Shown one piece after another: positions 43,402 to 54,886 of a stretch of 64,000 bases of DNA. Position 1 is the stretch's first letter. Each line of letters begins with the position of its first letter. Where the stretch lies: positions 288,001 through 352,000 of the forward strand of contig JAZAMN010000052.1 of NCBI GenBank assembly GCA_036229005.1, written 5' to 3'. This DNA is from Myxococcota bacterium. GTDB lineage: Bacteria > Myxococcota_A > UBA796 > CAJQPC01. The notes under the pieces are model-generated. The model was not told the origin of the DNA and did not search any database. It saw nothing but the letters and a program-made list of their open reading frames with translations. Both the position numbers and the translations under genes were made by a program.

Positions 43402-44715
43402 TCAGTGGTGGTCGCCGTGGTGGTCATCCCGGCTGTGCACGTGGATGTCGTCGGGGTGGGGGAGCATGAAGGGGTCGCTCACCGGCACCGCGGGCACGCT
43501 CTTGAGGTAGGTCATGGCCACCAGGACCAGCAGACCACCGAAGAAGAGGAAGCTGCCGATGTAGGGCAGGACCGGCGGGAAGGTGGACTCCATCCAGACC
43601 GAGGGCACTGCGACGATGAAGCGCTCCAGGAAGATGCCCACGGCGATGATGCCGAGCACCAGGCCCAGGCCCACCGGCATCTTCTTGATGCCGCGGGAGA
43701 GCAGGGTGCCGAAGGGAATCAAGAAGCACATGGCGCCGACGATGGGAGCCAGCTTGCTCCAGGGCTCGAGCTGCATGCGGACCAGCAGGAAGCCGATCTC
43801 CTCGGTCATGTTGCCGTACCAGATGGGCAGCAACTGAGCGAAGAACATGTAGGCCCAAATCATCGAGAAGCCGAACACCAGCTTGCCGAGGTCGTGGTAG
43901 GTCCCAGCGTTGACCATCTTGTCGATGCCCAGGTCCTTGCGGAAGGCCAGGGACAGCAGGCCAATCCAGACCATGCCGGACCAGATGCCCGAGGCGAAGA
44001 ACCAGCCGCCGAACATATTGGCGTACCAGTGGGGCGCCAGGGACATGATGACGTCGAAGGCGTAGAAGGTCAGGGTCAGGGCGTAGACGATGGCGCCGAT
44101 GGGAGCCAGGCGACGCTGGGTGTCCATGCTCTTGGCGACGGCGTCTGCGTGGCTACCCTCAGCGGAGCCAGCGAGGCTCACAACCCAGCCGGGGAGCTCC
44201 ACGCCGGCCTGCTTGCACAGCAGGACGTCGGGACGCAGGCTGTTGCGGATGTAGGCCAGGCCCAGGATGCTCAGCACGGTCAGGGACGCGAAGTTCCGCA
44301 GGATGAAGGGCCACTGCTGCAGCCAGATGTGCTTGTGGCCGCTGACGCTGTCGGGGTGGGTGTGCCACTCGTACAGGTCGATGCCGCCGATGGCGGTCAT
44401 GAAGACCAGGAACACCACCGGGATGACCGGGGTGAACAGCATGATGCCTTCGGCGACCCGCTTGAGGGGGCGGGACCACCGGGCCAGCGTGATGGTCATG
44501 GCCATCGCGAAGGCCATGGAGCCGAAGCTCACGGCGGTGAAGTAGTTCATGCCGACCAGGATGGCGCTGCGCGCTGCCAGGCTGGACTGCGCGAAGCCAG
44601 CGCCGATGAGCACTGCGCCCAGGACGGCGGCGCCGATGGCGCCCATCTGGAAGTTCTTCGGCAGCGCCCGGGGGGCCAGGTGCGGCTTGGGGTCGAAGTT
44701 GGGAACACCGATCAT
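43402..44715 (-). CDS. actF: Alternative complex III subunit ActF
   Basis: About 10 TM; DVIMSLAPHWYANMFG, HDLGKLVFGF, QLLPIWYGN; last gene of act operon. Confidence 0.88.
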   Translation of the reverse strand: MIGVPNFDPKPHLAPRALPKNFQMGAIGAAVLGAVLIGAGFAQSSLAARSAILVGMNYFTAVSFGSMAFAMAMTITLARWSRPLKRVAEGIMLFTPVIPVVFLVFMTAIGGIDLYEWHTHPDSVSGHKHIWLQQWPFILRNFASLTVLSILGLAYIRNSLRPDVLLCKQAGVELPGWVVSLAGSAEGSHADAVAKSMDTQRRLAPIGAIVYALTLTFYAFDVIMSLAPHWYANMFGGWFFASGIWSGMVWIGLLSLAFRKDLGIDKMVNAGTYHDLGKLVFGFSMIWAYMFFAQLLPIWYGNMTEEIGFLLVRMQLEPWSKLAPIVGAMCFLIPFGTLLSRGIKKMPVGLGLVLGIIAVGIFLERFIVAVPSVWMESTFPPVLPYIGSFLFFGGLLVLVAMTYLKSVPAVPVSDPFMLPHPDDIHVHSRDDHHGDHH

Positions 44716-44718
44716 GGC

Positions 44719-45369
44719 TCAGCCTTCCATCGCCGCGTCTTCGGCGGCGGGCTCGGGTTCGAAGGTGGCGAACTCGACGCCTTCCAGGGTGTCCAGGTAC
44801 TCGGTCACCGACCACATCTCCTGGTCCGTCATGGCCCAGCCGTGGGCGGGCATGATGGCCGCACCGTTGCGGATGGTCAGGTAGACGTAGCCCTTGGTGT
44901 AGCCGGCGGCGGAGATGATGGAGGCGCTCCCAGCGAGGGCAGGAGCGGGGACCGGGAAGCGCTTCTTCCCGTCGCTCATGTCATTCACCGGGCCGCTGCC
45001 CATGGCGTTCGAGTTGTGACAGGGGGCGCAGTAGGTCTGGAAGTTCCACTCACCCATCTCCACGACCTCAGCCAGCTCTGCGCCTTCCAGGTAGGGGTTG
45101 GTGAGCGCCTTGCCAGCGTCCGTCATGCGGTCGTAGTTCTTGACGTACATGTTCCGGGAGACGGTCCCCTCGGGGAGCACGTCCATCGGCTTCTCGTAGG
45201 CCCGGACGAACTGGGCGTCGTACATGTCGACGAACCAGGTCTGACGGCCCTGCAGGAAGGGGGGCATGATGTCGTAGCCAGTCACCGCGTAGGTGGCGTA
45301 GCCGACCAAGCCGCCACCAGCCGCGAGGAACACGGCGGCCCAGGGGACAAAAGACTTCTTGTTGGGCAT
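44719..45369 (-). CDS. actE: Alternative complex III monoheme cytochrome c ActE
   Basis: DMYD...PEGTV, single CAPCH, distal IMP Met. Confidence 0.85.
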   Translation of the reverse strand: MPNKKSFVPWAAVFLAAGGGLVGYATYAVTGYDIMPPFLQGRQTWFVDMYDAQFVRAYEKPMDVLPEGTVSRNMYVKNYDRMTDAGKALTNPYLEGAELAEVVEMGEWNFQTYCAPCHNSNAMGSGPVNDMSDGKKRFPVPAPALAGSASIISAAGYTKGYVYLTIRNGAAIMPAHGWAMTDQEMWSVTEYLDTLEGVEFATFEPEPAAEDAAMEG

Positions 45370-45372
45370 CGC

Positions 45373-45932
45373 TCAGCTCTCCTCGTGGACGACTTCGGTG
45401 GCCTCGGTGGCCTCGTCCTCGTCGGCGGCGCAGGAGACCTCTTCGGCTCCGGCGTCCTGCAGCAGCTTGATGGCCTCGTCCTTGCGGGCACCCTCCACGT
45501 CGTGGAAGACCAGACCGAAGCGGTCGTTCGAGTAGCGGGGGTCCGCGCACTCGATGGGGGTGTCGGTGTCGGGGAGGCGGCAGTGGAAGATGATGGCGGC
45601 CAGCGTGGACAGGCCGGCCAGCAGGACCGTGCACTCGAAGGTGACGACCACGAAGGGCGGCACCGAGATCATGGGCTTGCCTGCGGGCAGCGCCATCGGC
45701 CAGACGGCCGAGGTCAAGCTCGCCAGGGTGAAGCCCAGGGTCCCACCCGTGATGCCACCGATGAGGGTCCACCAGCGAACGGGGCTGGGCTCGTTCTCGT
45801 AGATGGCCTCCTCGATCTCATGGCGGGGCAGGGGGGAGAGGACGGTGTAGTCGTCGAAGCCTGCCTTCTTCACGCGCCCGATGGCGGTGATGAGGCTGTC
45901 CAGGTGGTTGAAGACACCCTTGACGTTGGCGC

Positions 45933-45936
<4 letters not shown>
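45373..45936 (-). CDS. actD: Alternative complex III subunit ActD (DUF3341)
   Basis: SPLP, two TM, GKP...PPFVVVTFECTVLL, DRF, GAEEV. Confidence 0.88.
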
Positions 45937-47270
<1,334 letters not shown>

Positions 47271-47284
47271 TGCCGTCTCCCTTT

Positions 47285-50200
47285 TCAGTGCTTGTCGGCG
47301 CCGTGACCGGCGTCGTGGTTTTCGTGGCCCTCGTCAGAGCCGTGCTCCGCCTTGTCCCCGTGGCCGGCTGCGCCGCCCGCGGGAGCCTCGTGACCATCGT
47401 CGTGGCCACCAGCGTGCTCCTCTCCATGTCCGTCGCCGTGATCGGCGGCCGCGCCGTGCCCGTCACCGTGGCCACCACCGTGGTGGGGCTCCTGGTGGGT
47501 CAGCTTGGCCATGTACTGGACGCCGTTCTTGGTGTTCAGTTCGCCCAGGAGCTGGTAGCTGCGGGGGTCGTTCCACAGGGTGGCGACCTTGGAGCCCTCC
47601 TCCTTGACGTTGCCGAACACGATGCAGTCTGCGGGGCAGACCTCAGCGCAGGCGGTCAGGCGCTCGACATCGGCGCTCTGGACGGTGGCGGGGCGCGCCT
47701 CGGCCTTGGCGAAGCGGACGCGCTGGATGCAGAAGGTGCACTTCTCCATCACACCCATCTCGCGGGTGACCACGTCCGGGTTCAGCATCGGCTCGAAGGC
47801 CTCGGGCCAACGGTAGGTGTGCCAGTTGAAGCGACGCGCGCTGTAGGGGCAGTTGTTCGCGCAGTAGCGCGTGCCGACACAGCGGTTGTAGATCATGGCG
47901 TTGAGGCCATCGAGGTTGTGGTAGGTCGCGACGACCGGGCACACACCCTCGCAGGGCGCGTGGGCGCACTGCTGGCAGATGGCCATGGCGTAGCGGACGT
48001 CGGGGTTCTCACCCTCGCCCTGCCAGAAGCGGTCCAGACGAATCCAGCCCTGGTAGCGCCACAGCTGGTGCTGCTCGGGGCCCGTCATCGGGACGTTGTT
48101 CTCGCTGTTGCAAGCCACCTCGCAGGCGCCGCAGCCGGTGCAACTGTCCAGGTCGATGGACAGGGCCCACCGGTAGGTGGGGTGCTCGGGCTCGGGGAAC
48201 ATGTCGTACTCGATGCCAGCGGCCTCGAGGCGGGGATCCTCCACAAGGTGGATGCCCATGCCATGTCCCAGGTGGATCTCCTTGCCCTCGAGGATGTCGG
48301 GGGCGTAGGCGTCCAGCGCGATGGGGCGGTTGTCCATGTCCTCGGAGCCCTTGAGGCTCACGCGCTTGTACTTCTCCAGGTCAGCGCCCGCGAGGGCGGC
48401 CTTGGAGACGCTCACCCCGTTACCGAGGTAGTTCAGCGCGCCGGAGACAGGGTCCGTACCAGCCGCGAGGAGCTTGACGGGGTTGAAGCCGAAGCGCTCG
48501 TAGCGGCTGCCGCTGTTCTCGTGACCGTTGCCGGAGGGGATGGCGACGTGGCCGTCGGGCATGCCCTTGGAGATGCGGACGTTGAGGGGGCCGATCTCCT
48601 GGCCGTTGGCGCTCACCTTGACGAAGCCCATGTTGTCCACGCCCAGCTTCTGGGCGGTGGCAGCGGACATCTCGGCCCAGGTGGTCCAGGTCAGGCCGGA
48701 GACGGGGTGGGGGACCTCGTTCAGCCAGGGACGGAAGGCGAAGCGACCGTCGTAGAGGTGGACGTGGGGGAAGAAAAGGAGGCTGTCGCCGCTGATGGCC
48801 TCACCGCCCACAGGGGCGGGGATGCCGGCTGCCACGGTGACCTCGGGCTCGTTGACGGTGGTGTAGAAGCCACCGGTCTGGAGCACCTGGATCCACCAGT
48901 CCTGGAAGTCCATGCCGCCGTCGTACGCGTTCTCGGCCCAGTGGCCGGCCACGTAGCGATAGAAGTCCTCGGCCTCGAAGCTCGCGGTCGCCGGCTTGCC
49001 GCCCAGCGCGTAGGTGTCCACGCGCTCGACGGTCTCACCCTCGACAGGTGCCTCGGTGCTCTCCACAGCGGGGATGGCCAGGCCAGCCTGACGCGCGACG
49101 CTCAGGAGCAGATCGCCCTGGGACATCGTGTCGTGCTGGGGGACCATGCCGGGCTGCCGGATCTGGAACTTGCCCTTGATGGGCTCAGCGTCACCCCACT
49201 GCTCCAGCCAGCTTCCGGGAGGGAGCAGCCAGGCGTTGTCGGGGCGCGTGTCGCCGCCACCATTGGTGAACACGAAGAGGTTGGGGACAGCCTTGAGGGC
49301 CTCGGCGACGCCGAGTTCAGGGGGCAGGGCGTAGATGGGATCCAGCTCGTCGATGACGAGGGTCTTCACCTCGCCCTTCTTGCAGGACTCCAGCAGGGCC
49401 TGGACCTCAGCGAAGCTGGCCACGGGGCCGAGGACGCTGTAGGCGCCCAGCTTGACGCTGGTTCCGATGTTCCCGCACACCAGGTTCAGCAGCAGGCTGG
49501 CGAGGGCCAGGTGCGTGCCGTTGGCGCTCTGGGTGTTCACGCCGCCGGGGAAGACCACGGAGGGGTGCTTGGACAGCTTGTCGGCCAGGACCTCGAGCTT
49601 GGAGAGCTCGACCCCAGCGGCGGAGGCCATCGCGGCGGGATCGACCTGGGACAGGACGGCCTCGGCGCCGTTGGCGCTGCCCTTCTTGTCGGCCACCAGC
49701 TTGGCGAGCGCGTAGGCGACGCCAGCCTCGGTGCCGGGCGCGGTCTTGAGCCACTGGTCACACTTGGTGCCGGTGTGGCTGACGCGGGGCTCGATGCTCA
49801 CGAACTCGGCGACGAAGTCACCGTGCTTGGGATCGCGCGCCTTGGCGTAGCCCTTGGTGTGCCGCTCGGGGGCGAGCCAGGTCTGCAGCCAGTCCGCGCC
49901 GAAGCTCACGATGACGTGGGCGTCAGAGACCTCGTAGCTGGGGGCGACCGCCTGACCGAAGGCCAGCTCGGAGGCCTTGACCAGGGACTCGTAGCCGAAT
50001 GGCTCCCAGTGGACGCGCTTGAGGCCCGAGGCCGCGGAGACCTGACCCAGCAGGCGGTCCAGGGCGCCGTTCCGGTAGCGGCCCAGCCAGACCGCGCCGC
50101 CGGCCTTCACGCCGTCAGCGAGGGCCTTGGTGGCCTCTTCCCAGGTGGTGTCCGCGCCGGCCTTCTTGGGGCCCCCGATGTGGTCGGGGTTGAAGGTCTC

Positions 50201-50497
50201 CTGCGTCGCCGCGATGGCGTGGGCGGTGATGCCGCCCTCGCCGATCTCGGAGGCGGTGTTTCCGCCGACGAAGACCACGCGGCCCTCGCGGTTGCGGAGC
50301 ACCACCCCCGCTCCGGCGATGGTGTCGCCGGAGGTGGAAGCGAAGAAGGTGGGCACACCGGGCGTGACCTGCTCGGGCTGGACCACGTAGGGGTAGAGGT
50401 TCTCGACGGGCGTGTTGGGGTCACACGCCGTGAGCGCTCCGACGGCACTGGTGGTGCCGACAATCTTGAAGAAATCTCGCCGGTTCATATCGGCCAT
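47285..50497 (-). CDS. actB: Alternative complex III subunit ActB (molybdopterin-oxidoreductase-like domain fused to Fe-S domain)
   Basis: Tat lipoprotein signal NRRDFFK...LTAC; CTGCGACEVAC, CQQCAHAPCEGVCP, CVGTRYCANNCPY, KCTFC. Confidence 0.93.
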   Translation of the reverse strand: MADMNRRDFFKIVGTTSAVGALTACDPNTPVENLYPYVVQPEQVTPGVPTFFASTSGDTIAGAGVVLRNREGRVVFVGGNTASEIGEGGITAHAIAATQETFNPDHIGGPKKAGADTTWEEATKALADGVKAGGAVWLGRYRNGALDRLLGQVSAASGLKRVHWEPFGYESLVKASELAFGQAVAPSYEVSDAHVIVSFGADWLQTWLAPERHTKGYAKARDPKHGDFVAEFVSIEPRVSHTGTKCDQWLKTAPGTEAGVAYALAKLVADKKGSANGAEAVLSQVDPAAMASAAGVELSKLEVLADKLSKHPSVVFPGGVNTQSANGTHLALASLLLNLVCGNIGTSVKLGAYSVLGPVASFAEVQALLESCKKGEVKTLVIDELDPIYALPPELGVAEALKAVPNLFVFTNGGGDTRPDNAWLLPPGSWLEQWGDAEPIKGKFQIRQPGMVPQHDTMSQGDLLLSVARQAGLAIPAVESTEAPVEGETVERVDTYALGGKPATASFEAEDFYRYVAGHWAENAYDGGMDFQDWWIQVLQTGGFYTTVNEPEVTVAAGIPAPVGGEAISGDSLLFFPHVHLYDGRFAFRPWLNEVPHPVSGLTWTTWAEMSAATAQKLGVDNMGFVKVSANGQEIGPLNVRISKGMPDGHVAIPSGNGHENSGSRYERFGFNPVKLLAAGTDPVSGALNYLGNGVSVSKAALAGADLEKYKRVSLKGSEDMDNRPIALDAYAPDILEGKEIHLGHGMGIHLVEDPRLEAAGIEYDMFPEPEHPTYRWALSIDLDSCTGCGACEVACNSENNVPMTGPEQHQLWRYQGWIRLDRFWQGEGENPDVRYAMAICQQCAHAPCEGVCPVVATYHNLDGLNAMIYNRCVGTRYCANNCPYSARRFNWHTYRWPEAFEPMLNPDVVTREMGVMEKCTFCIQRVRFAKAEARPATVQSADVERLTACAEVCPADCIVFGNVKEEGSKVATLWNDPRSYQLLGELNTKNGVQYMAKLTHQEPHHGGGHGDGHGAAADHGDGHGEEHAGGHDDGHEAPAGGAAGHGDKAEHGSDEGHENHDAGHGADKH

Positions 50498-50512
50498 GGC
50501 AATCGCTCCGCC

Positions 50513-51205
50513 CTACTGGTGGCAGGTGTAGCAGTCCTTGAGCTCAGCCCTACGAAGCTCAGCATCGGCTCCGTAGTTGGCGTCCACGGAGGGGTGCTCT
50601 CCGTGGCACTCAAGGCACCAGCCCATCAACATCGTCATCTCGGGGGCGCGGATGGCCACGCCCTCCTTGCTCATGTCCGCGTGGCAGTCCGTGCACTCCA
50701 CGCCGCCCTTGATGTGGCGGCTGTGGTTGAAGTGCACGAAGTCCGGCGCGTCATGGACCTTGACCCACTCGATGGGCTGACCGAAGGACTGTCCATCAGG
50801 CTTGATGTACTCCTCCAGTTGGACCAGCCCCTCGCGGCCAGCGGGGTCGATCATCTTGTGACAACCTTCGCAGACCTGCGTGGGAGGCACGCCCGCGTGC
50901 TTGGACTTGCGGGCGTTGGAGTGACAGTACTCACAGCTCATGCCCAGGCCGCCGTCTTCGACAGGGGCGGCATGGTTGCTGTGCTTGAAAGCGATGGGCT
51001 GCGCGTCCACGGGCTGGACCTTGCTGCCTACGGAGACGCGGGTCTCCACATCGTCCGGGTACTCGGGCGGCAACAGGCTGTGGGCGGAGAGCGGGAAGGC
51101 GTCGCTGTCGGACTCGACATTGACGTTCTCGCACTTGGACGCGAAGCTGACTGCGGCGAGCATCAGCACGGCCCAGACACGCGGGGTGCCCTTTGCACTT
51201 GGCAT
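50513..51205 (-). CDS. actA: Alternative complex III pentaheme cytochrome c ActA
   Basis: Five CxxCH motifs (CEYCH, CEGCH, CTDCH, CLECH, CYTCH); QPIAFKH, FNHSRH, MGWC. Confidence 0.92.
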   Translation of the reverse strand: MPSAKGTPRVWAVLMLAAVSFASKCENVNVESDSDAFPLSAHSLLPPEYPDDVETRVSVGSKVQPVDAQPIAFKHSNHAAPVEDGGLGMSCEYCHSNARKSKHAGVPPTQVCEGCHKMIDPAGREGLVQLEEYIKPDGQSFGQPIEWVKVHDAPDFVHFNHSRHIKGGVECTDCHADMSKEGVAIRAPEMTMLMGWCLECHGEHPSVDANYGADAELRRAELKDCYTCHQ

Positions 51206-51415
51206 CGGCGGTTCTCCCTTTTGGGGCTCCAGGGGCGGCCATGCTAATGCAACGCCTGTCCTGCGTCCACGCGCCTGCGGACGATGACGAGTCCTCGACA
51301 GCGAGTCTGTGCGCTCACTGCTCGCTCAAAGCCGCCTGCCAAGGGTGGTCCCGTTCCCCGCAGCGTCGATGTCTGTACCGCCGAAAGGCTTCACACCAAA
51401 TCCGAGCCGCCAAGA

Positions 51416-51793
51416 ATGTGGATCGTTTTGATGATAATGGCTTGCAATTGTGTACCCCGTGTGTCGGAGCGGGCGGACACGGCCCCAGCGCGGACGCCGC
51501 CCACCTTGAAGCCCGGTCCCATCACGGTCTCAGCGGACGAGGGGCCTCGCCTGTACGCAGCGTGTCAGGAGCGTGTCGAGGGCCCTGAGAGCCCCGGAGA
51601 GTGTGCCCAGGACAGCGACTGTGTCCCAGCCGGCTGCTCCCTCGAACTCTGTGTGGCGAAAGACCAGGCGGAGCAGGCCTTCTCGAGCTGTGAGACCCGC
51701 CTGTGCTTCTCGGTCCTGGAGCGCTGTGGCTGCCAGGAGGGCCTATGCCGTTGGTCCGTGAAGCCGGGCCCGGAAGGCGATGAGCCCCAGTGA
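51416..51793 (+). CDS. Small putative lipoprotein with eight-cysteine-cluster-like domain
   Basis: ECAQDSDCVPAGCSLELC...SSCE...C...CGCQEGLCRW pattern; N-terminal MWIVLMIMAC. Confidence 0.65.
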   Translation: MWIVLMIMACNCVPRVSERADTAPARTPPTLKPGPITVSADEGPRLYAACQERVEGPESPGECAQDSDCVPAGCSLELCVAKDQAEQAFSSCETRLCFSVLERCGCQEGLCRWSVKPGPEGDEPQ

Positions 51794-52504
51794 GAGCCGC
51801 TCGCTCAGGGCCTCCAGGCTCGCGTCATCCCGGAGCAGGTCGTTGCGGACCTCGAGCTCCAGGTAGGGGACACCAGCGGCCTGCCCGTGGCGTTGCACAG
51901 ACTCGATGAGCCCCTCCAGCCCGGAATAGGGCCGGTTCTCCTCGCTGTGCAGCCCGAGCGCACAGAGCTCCGTGTGCAGAGCGGTTCCGAGGTGGGCCAT
52001 CGGCCGGTCGTAGAGCACACCCACCTCCAGCTCCCGCTTCTCGGTGCCGCGGGGCCCTCTGTATTCGGGGGTGAAGGAGTGGATGCTGAGCAGCAGCTCT
52101 GGGGGTCGCCGCTCGAGCAGCTCGGCGTACGCCAGATGGAAGGGGCCGTGGACTTCGGCGAGGCGCTGCTGTCTGGCTTCGCGGGTGAGGCCCTGGTTGA
52201 AGGCGAAGGGGACCCCCTCGGCCTCTTCGCGGCAGAGCTCGGGGTGGTCCTCGGGGCGGTTGAGGTCTGCAACAAGTCGCGACCAGGTGCCTAGGATGGC
52301 GTCTGCGCTCAAGCGCGAAGACAGCCGACGTGTCAGCTCGGCCGCACCCAGGTCCCAGCCCCAATGGTCCTCCAGCAGCCTGCGCTCGGCGTCTGAGAGC
52401 GACCAGCTCCCTGGCACCCGATTCGCCGCGTGTTCACACGACAGCGTGAGCCAAGGTGGGGTGGGGCTCAGGAGGATCTCGGTTGCGGAATGGGCGTCGA
52501 ACAT
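51743..52504 (-). CDS. N-formylglutamate amidohydrolase family protein
   Basis: SCEHAAN, HWGWDLGA, SRLVADLNR, SIHSFTP, ELEVRNDL. Confidence 0.88.
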   Translation of the reverse strand: MFDAHSATEILLSPTPPWLTLSCEHAANRVPGSWSLSDAERRLLEDHWGWDLGAAELTRRLSSRLSADAILGTWSRLVADLNRPEDHPELCREEAEGVPFAFNQGLTREARQQRLAEVHGPFHLAYAELLERRPPELLLSIHSFTPEYRGPRGTEKRELEVGVLYDRPMAHLGTALHTELCALGLHSEENRPYSGLEGLIESVQRHGQAAGVPYLELEVRNDLLRDDASLEALSERLSLGLIAFRARLHGPTA

Positions 52505-52534
52505 GCCGCGTACACTACACAACCCGGAGACCCA

Positions 52535-53110
52535 TTGATTCAACGTCAGATCGGCTGGACCGCCCTCGGGATCGGTCTCGCCCAGCTCATCCCGCTCCCC
52601 TTCGTGGACGACATGGTCAGCGCGCGCCTGCTGCGGCGGCTCTACGCGCAGATGGCCCGGCACCACGGCGTCGAGCTCACCGGGGAGCAGCGCAAGCGCC
52701 TGACGGTGTCGAAGGGGGGCGGCGTGCTTCAAGGCTGCCTGTGGGCGGGGTTGCGCTGGGGCGTCCGCAAGCTGATCGCGACGATGACGGTGGTGCTCCT
52801 GGTCAAGGACGTGCTGGACGAGGCGACGCGGGGGGCCCACCAGGCCCTGTTGGTGGACCAGGCGATGCGGAGCGGCACGCTGCCGGGCAAGGAGGCGGAG
52901 GTCCGCGAGGCCCTGGAGTCGCTGCTGGAGGCCGAGGAGATCTCGCCCATGATGCGGCTGCTCAAGGGCAGGGAGAACCCGGCGACGGATGTGGAGCTTG
53001 AACCCGGCCTGCTCGCCGCTCTGGGCCGCGGGCTGCACCGCCTGGGAGGTGGCGCTATCCTGCAGAGGCGCTTCCGCCGAAGGATGGCGGGGCTCCCCGA
53101 GGAGGAGTGA
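52535..53110 (+). CDS. Hypothetical membrane-associated protein
   Basis: TTG start after GGAGA; IPLPFVDD motif; abuts the next gene. Confidence 0.6.
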   Translation: MIQRQIGWTALGIGLAQLIPLPFVDDMVSARLLRRLYAQMARHHGVELTGEQRKRLTVSKGGGVLQGCLWAGLRWGVRKLIATMTVVLLVKDVLDEATRGAHQALLVDQAMRSGTLPGKEAEVREALESLLEAEEISPMMRLLKGRENPATDVELEPGLLAALGRGLHRLGGGAILQRRFRRRMAGLPEEE

Positions 53111-54853
53111 ATGCTGCTCTGGCTCTCGCTGCTGGCCTGCACCGACCCCATCGCCGAGGTGGGCCTGCTCGGGACCGGCCCCATGGAGGTGTTCCCGACG
53201 GCGCACCACCTGGACGCTGACGGGCACGTCGCCCTGGAGCCCGAGTGGCTGCCAACGGTGGACACGCCCTGGGACACCGAGCGGCTGGGCTTCCGAGAGG
53301 GCTTCTCGGTCGCGCAGACGGCGATCCTGCGGGATGAGCACCTCAAGGCCGAGGCCATCCTGGGGCCCGCCAACATCGGGACCGATGGTCCGGTGTGGAT
53401 GGTGGACCTGGATGACGGGCGGCTGATCCCGTGCTTCGCCGAGGTGGACGTACTGGACGACCAGGTCCTGCTGGTGCGGCCGATGGAGACCCTGGTCGAC
53501 GGACACCAGGTCGCCGTGGTGCTGTCCACCCAAGCGATTCCTCGTCTGGACGCGTTCACACAGATCCTGGAGGGGCAGCGTTTTCAGGGGTGGGCCGAGC
53601 ACTATCAGGCGCTGCTCAGCCGCTCCTCCTCCCTGACGGGGCTCTCCGAGGACGAGATTGGGCTGGTGTTCGACTTCCCGGTGGATGCGGGGACCGAGCC
53701 CATGGACCACGCGGTCGCGAGCACGCACCCCGCGGGCGACTGGACCTGGCTGGACGAGGACACGACGAACCTGCCGGAGGGCACGTACAAGCAGCTCACG
53801 GGCACCTTCACGGTGGACAACTGGCTCGTGGACGACCTGCGCATGGAGCTGGACGGGGAGGGGACGCCGCAGGCCCAGGGGACGGCTCAGGCGCACCTGT
53901 TCGTGCACATCCCCGAGTCGGTTCGGGGTGCGGAGCCGGGGACGGTGCCGGTGTTGATCTTCGGGCACGGCCTGCTCCAGAGCCCCGAGGGCTTCCTGGC
54001 GGACAAGGACGACAGCTCCAACTTCGTCGAGCTCTTCGACCGCATGGGCGTCATCGTCATCGCGAGCGAGTGGCGAGGCCTGTGCCGGGACGATCTGGCC
54101 GACGTGGTGTGGGTCGCCAACGACATGGGCCGCCTGCCCGAGGTGACCGACCGCCTGACCCAGGCCGTGGCCAACAACCTGGCGCTCATGGAGCTCATCC
54201 AGGACGGCGCGCTGCTGGACGACCCGGCCTTCGAGGGGCTCGCGGACGGCGAAACGCTGCTCTACTACGGCGTCTCGCTGGGCGGGATCATGGGGGCCGT
54301 GACCCTGGCCCAGACCGAGCGGGTGGACCACGGCGTGCTGCATGTCGGGGGCGGTGCGTGGTCGCTGACCTTCCCGCGCTCAGCCAACTGGGAGGACTTC
54401 GAGGGCCTGGTGGAGGAGGGTGTGCCCGCCTCTCGTGACCGCCAGTTGCTCTACGCCGCGATGCAGCTCTACTGGGACCCGGTCGACTCCATGTCCTACG
54501 CCGGGGCGCTCTCGGACCGCAGCCTGCTGCTCCAGATGTCGGTGGAGGATGATGAGGTGACCAACCTGGGGACCACCATGCTGGCCCACTCCGCCGGCTG
54601 GTCGGCCCTGAACGTCCCCGTATGGGACCTGCCCATCGTCGAGGCCCCCACGTCCGCGCCCGTGCTCGCGCCCTTCGACGCGGAGCTTGGAGACCCGGAG
54701 CAGGGGAACCAGCCTGCGCTGCGCACCGGAGCCCACCGCGAGCCCCGCATGTGGGAGGCCGCCAAGCTCCAGTCCATCTCCTTCCTGGTCGAGGAGCCCG
54801 GCGTCGTGGAGCACTACTGCGTCGACGCCGTCTGTACGCCCCTGGACCGTTGA
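53111..54853 (+). CDS. Putative lipoprotein alpha/beta-hydrolase (lipase-like)
   Basis: IFGHGL oxyanion motif, nucleophile elbow YGVSLGG, DDEV, C-terminal His; MLLWLSLLAC. Confidence 0.75.
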   Translation: MLLWLSLLACTDPIAEVGLLGTGPMEVFPTAHHLDADGHVALEPEWLPTVDTPWDTERLGFREGFSVAQTAILRDEHLKAEAILGPANIGTDGPVWMVDLDDGRLIPCFAEVDVLDDQVLLVRPMETLVDGHQVAVVLSTQAIPRLDAFTQILEGQRFQGWAEHYQALLSRSSSLTGLSEDEIGLVFDFPVDAGTEPMDHAVASTHPAGDWTWLDEDTTNLPEGTYKQLTGTFTVDNWLVDDLRMELDGEGTPQAQGTAQAHLFVHIPESVRGAEPGTVPVLIFGHGLLQSPEGFLADKDDSSNFVELFDRMGVIVIASEWRGLCRDDLADVVWVANDMGRLPEVTDRLTQAVANNLALMELIQDGALLDDPAFEGLADGETLLYYGVSLGGIMGAVTLAQTERVDHGVLHVGGGAWSLTFPRSANWEDFEGLVEEGVPASRDRQLLYAAMQLYWDPVDSMSYAGALSDRSLLLQMSVEDDEVTNLGTTMLAHSAGWSALNVPVWDLPIVEAPTSAPVLAPFDAELGDPEQGNQPALRTGAHREPRMWEAAKLQSISFLVEEPGVVEHYCVDAVCTPLDR

Positions 54854-54886
54854 GGAGCTGGATTCAGCAGGAGGAGCCTGGGCGGC

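Noticed and set aside
51310..51345. Sigma54 promoter for the act operon (minus-strand TTGGCA)
   Set aside because: No GC at the required GG-N10-GC spacing
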